A stretch of DNA of 63,010 bases, the filler included, from Asterionella formosa (Eukaryota): assembly GCA_002256025.1 (NCBI GenBank). It is 7 parts of 7 records of this genome, joined end to end, with 100 filler letters (N's around TTAATTAATTAA, not from the genome) between each part and the next. Parts side by side here need not be neighbours in the genome. Positions count along the whole stretch, not along the records: positions 54,116 to 63,010 come from NKIB01011496.1; 6 more parts are not named here. One strand, written 5' to 3'. Under the pieces are notes generated by a model. It was not told the DNA's origin and did no database searches. It saw only the letters and a program-made list of their open reading frames with translations. Below, in pieces: positions 59,825 through 63,010 of this stretch. The translations under genes and the position numbers were made by a program. How positions within the stretch are numbered: position 1 is the stretch's first letter; each line of letters begins with the position of its first letter.

Positions 59825-61327
59825 GGCACTAACGGTTGTGGGGAGGAGGGAGGGGAGGAGTGACAATGACAACGGTAGTCGTAGGAAGTAGAGAGACTCA
59901 TACTGCAAATGGGAAGGGTAAGTGTGTACGAAAAGCCCCTCGTTTCTTGGGATGTTTTCGAGTATGTACATACCAGCAGTTGATAAAAAGTTAACGCGTG
60001 TTGAGGATAAGAGAGTAGCAGGCAGATCATCAGTTCTGATGGCGGGCATATATCGCTACATTACATTTGCTAACGGTACCAGATGAACCGTGTACCGGTA
60101 TGTAGTCTCAATGTATCATTACCATGTGCATGTCTACATTTTACCGGCATACGGTAGTTTATAGTAACGGTATATGTATAACCATATCAACATTTTATAC
60201 AGTAACGACGCCTCCGATCAGTCATCATTGTTAACTGCGTACCGGTAAATGTGGGCAGACATGCAAAGCATGCTAACTTTTAGTACCGCACTCCTGTCCT
60301 ACTACTTCGACTAATTTATCGCTACTCTTAGAATTTGGTAGTAGAGCAACTGTGACTGACTACCCCTGGGGTATTTGTGTTCCAAGTACCGGTTTTCCGG
60401 ATTGGGAATGACTCGAAGATGGCGAGGCGTTTTAAAAACAAAAACCGAGCTGGAAAGGCGAGTCAGGACATCATAGTTCTGATTCATTCGGGTGCCAATG
60501 TCAAGCCGGTCCCGTGTGTCCTGGATCCCTGCATTGTCTGGTATGTTGTTTTTGTAATTGTGAGGTACGATGAGCCGGATGGTACCAGGTACTAAATCAC
60601 TAGCGCTGTGATACTGGTTTGTTGGCGTATGGATCCATACTATTTAAGTGGAAAGGGCTGTTGCATGGTTATTCCTTGATTCCGGATTTGTGTAGAAGCT
60701 GAGTACTGCTTTGAACTTGCATACTTCCAATAAATCTCATGTTTTGGAATAAACCAGGGGAAAGTGAGTTCTGGTTATAATATTTATTGAGAGGTGGATC
60801 AATAGGCATATCTTGGAGCGAAACTTTGTGTAGTGACTACCGGTATGTAATGGTCATGATAGTATTTTTTGGGCCAGCTTTTCTGTTGGTATTGAATTCG
60901 TGATGGAGCCATGTGTGAACTGACATCCTTATTATAGAATATGATGGCTTTATACTTGATAGTAACTAACGTAGAAAAATCTAAAGTGTCTTTAAGGTCA
61001 AATGATTAGAAGTTGGTCCTTGTACAAGATAAGTAGTAAGGTATGTGGTGACTAACAGTGTGGTTGAGTTATGGTCATGAAAGTTTGGAAAGCGAGCTTG
61101 TGCGCTTTTTCGTTTGTCTGTTTGTTTGTTGAGACACATAAGATTGATTTCCGACTTGCCAGTGATGTGATGTTGTGTGCGTTAATTGTTGAAACCTTAG
61201 AGTGCATCTGGCTGTGCTAGTGAAGTGCCTGAGTAGCGGGGCTGGTATCATTGTGCCTGAATTCATTAAATTCGGCTAGTTATGTTGAGGTCACATCATG
61301 ATGATGTTGTAGGATGAGAGCTCAGCA

Positions 61328-61639
61328 GAGTGGCGACTCGCTCAGTCAGAGTGATAGTGACAGACTCAGTATGTTGGTAAGCGATGGCAGGGAGAACCAC
61401 TAGATTGTGTGACAGGATGATCCTTGTTGTTCACATCAATTTCAGTTTTTGACGAGACTGTGCTTTTGTCATGCGCGCTGTAGGGGGAGACAGTGGATCC
61501 TTTGTTCCCTTTAAATCTTAGAGTGGAGACTCAGCAGTCAGAGTGATAGTGACTGGCTTAGTGTGCAGTAAGCGATGGCAGTGAGAACCACTAGACTGTG
61601 TGACAGGATGATCCTTGTTCACATCAATTATAGTTTTTG
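61328..61639. repeat. Direct duplication of ~120 bp (61328-61451 and 61521-61639)
   Basis: GAGTGG.GACTC..CAGTCAGAGTGATAGTGAC...GTAAGCGATGGCAG.GAGAACCACTAGA.TGTGTGACAGGATGATCCTTGTT..CACATCAATT occurs twice. Confidence 0.88.
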
Positions 61640-63010
61640 GTCAAATCTTCATCCCTGATGATCTAGGCGATGCTCTAGTGCCTAGTATCTATGATAATCT
61701 AGTGAAAGTAGTGATTGAATGCAGATGTTTCTATATGGAACCATTCTTGTAAAGAATTGGCCTGAACAGCATAGAAGCCTTCACATGATCATGCTGGCCA
61801 ATTCCATTGAATCCACAAAACAAGAATGAGATATCTAATCTGAGCCGAATCCATTTATGTAAAACCCTCTCATGCCATTTGGTTACCAGTAGTCCTTGCA
61901 CCTGTCACAACCATTTCCTTGCAGGACTTAGATATGAGGCAAGGAATTCTTCAATGTCTTCATCCAAAAAATCGTTCTCATTCCTTGCGAAATGAATCAT
62001 TTCCCGATATTTGGTTGTCATGTTTTCCCATTCAAGCAATTTCCCTGCATTTGTCTCACGTGTTGTTCTCAGCTTTTTTTCAGCTTGTTCTCGTCCATTT
62101 CTTGGCCAAAAACACAACAAAGGACTGCATCTAGTAGTCCATCTATGTATTTTCTTGCCCTTGCATTCTTAGTTACATTTTCTAGTTAGCAACGCCGTTG
62201 AGCAGGGTTGGTGAGCGTTCCCAGCACTTCAACCATCATAACTTTCTTGATAGCTAGTAAAAACGAAGTCTGTTTGACACTGTCGGGATTGCCATAGCGA
62301 CGCATGCCGTGCTGGAGGAGCACATGAAAATTTTTACAGTGAAACAAGCATGGCATGCATTGCTTGCTCTACTTTAATCAATGCCAGCTCAGCCACAGTC
62401 TCCCTCCTTATCACTGCCACCTTCTGTTTGATCTCTATTTTGTCCTGTAGTGATCCTTGTCATTCCTCCAGGGTCATCATTCCATAAATCAGTAATCTGT
62501 TATGGTGTCTTGTTATTGACGTTCCTGGTGGTAACCAGAATGTTAGACTACCTGGTACATTATAATTCCTACTCCGAATACTACATGCTGTATGTATGAA
62601 TTGCATAACAATGGTGATGGCTTGGTCGATCGTATGTAATCTAATTTACCGGTAATACCGGTAAGAGTTCTCGTGCAGAGATACATAAGTAGCAGGGTGT
62701 GATCCTAGGCTTTCCTGACCTTCAAAGGAACAAGAAAGTACGAAATGTCCACCGGTAACATTACTTCTCGGCCAAAACCTGTACTCCTAATGCTACCCTC
62801 CAGAAATTGTAAAATGAATCTGCGTTTACTCGTGATGATGCAAGTGGTTATTTGGGTGATATTTCGATGGTATGTGGAATATTATAAAATTAAAACAAGA
62901 ACTGCTAATTGGAAATCAATAGATCAGTTCTACCGTTAGTTCTTGTTCTAGGCACATCAGCTGAGCGACAGAAGTAAATCTCGATGAAATATAAACCTAT
63001 ACTTAAAATA

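Noticed and set aside
60380..62520. Decayed coding-like sequence on the minus strand
   Set aside because: Broken by many stops with no motif I can assign to a family; left unannotated, as are 22333-23020 and 54116-55750.

Overview
Eukaryotic nuclear DNA, most likely a diatom (bipartite plastid-targeting peptide, diatom-type copia/gypsy/tyrosine-recombinase elements, short GT-AG introns). The window is not one locus: it is seven scaffolds of about 8.9 kb, in decreasing length order, joined by artificial N44-TTAATTAATTAA-N44 spacers, so adjacency across spacers is meaningless. Host genes: TCP11-like, a ~1974-aa internally repeated protein ending in a degenerate SNF2-like domain, FG-GAP membrane protein, ARM+kinase (probably disrupted), BRCA2 (BRC repeats), PsbQ-like lumen protein, TMEM144, thioredoxin-UBA-ZnF-PUB protein, CtIP/SAE2 and a DnaJ protein. 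Mobile DNA: a structurally complete PIF/Harbinger element (33-bp TIRs, TAA TSD) plus a broken second copy, two gypsy relics with LTRs, copia, DIRS-like, Mutator-like and Tc1/mariner-like relics, and a MITE. Most interesting: (1) a head-to-tail chain of endonuclease-less Penelope-like retroelements separated by TTAGGG repeats, with a complete type I hammerhead ribozyme at the element 3' end, i.e. an apparent fossil telomere; (2) a strongly over-represented TACCGGTA/GGTACC motif family that in-window paralog comparisons show as CCGG plus a duplicated TA, consistent with accumulated transposon excision footprints; (3) an intron apparently derived from coding sequence within a protein repeat; (4) an unexplained ~185-nt rod-like hairpin near the DIRS-like relic. 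All family assignments come from motif recognition by eye, not database searches.
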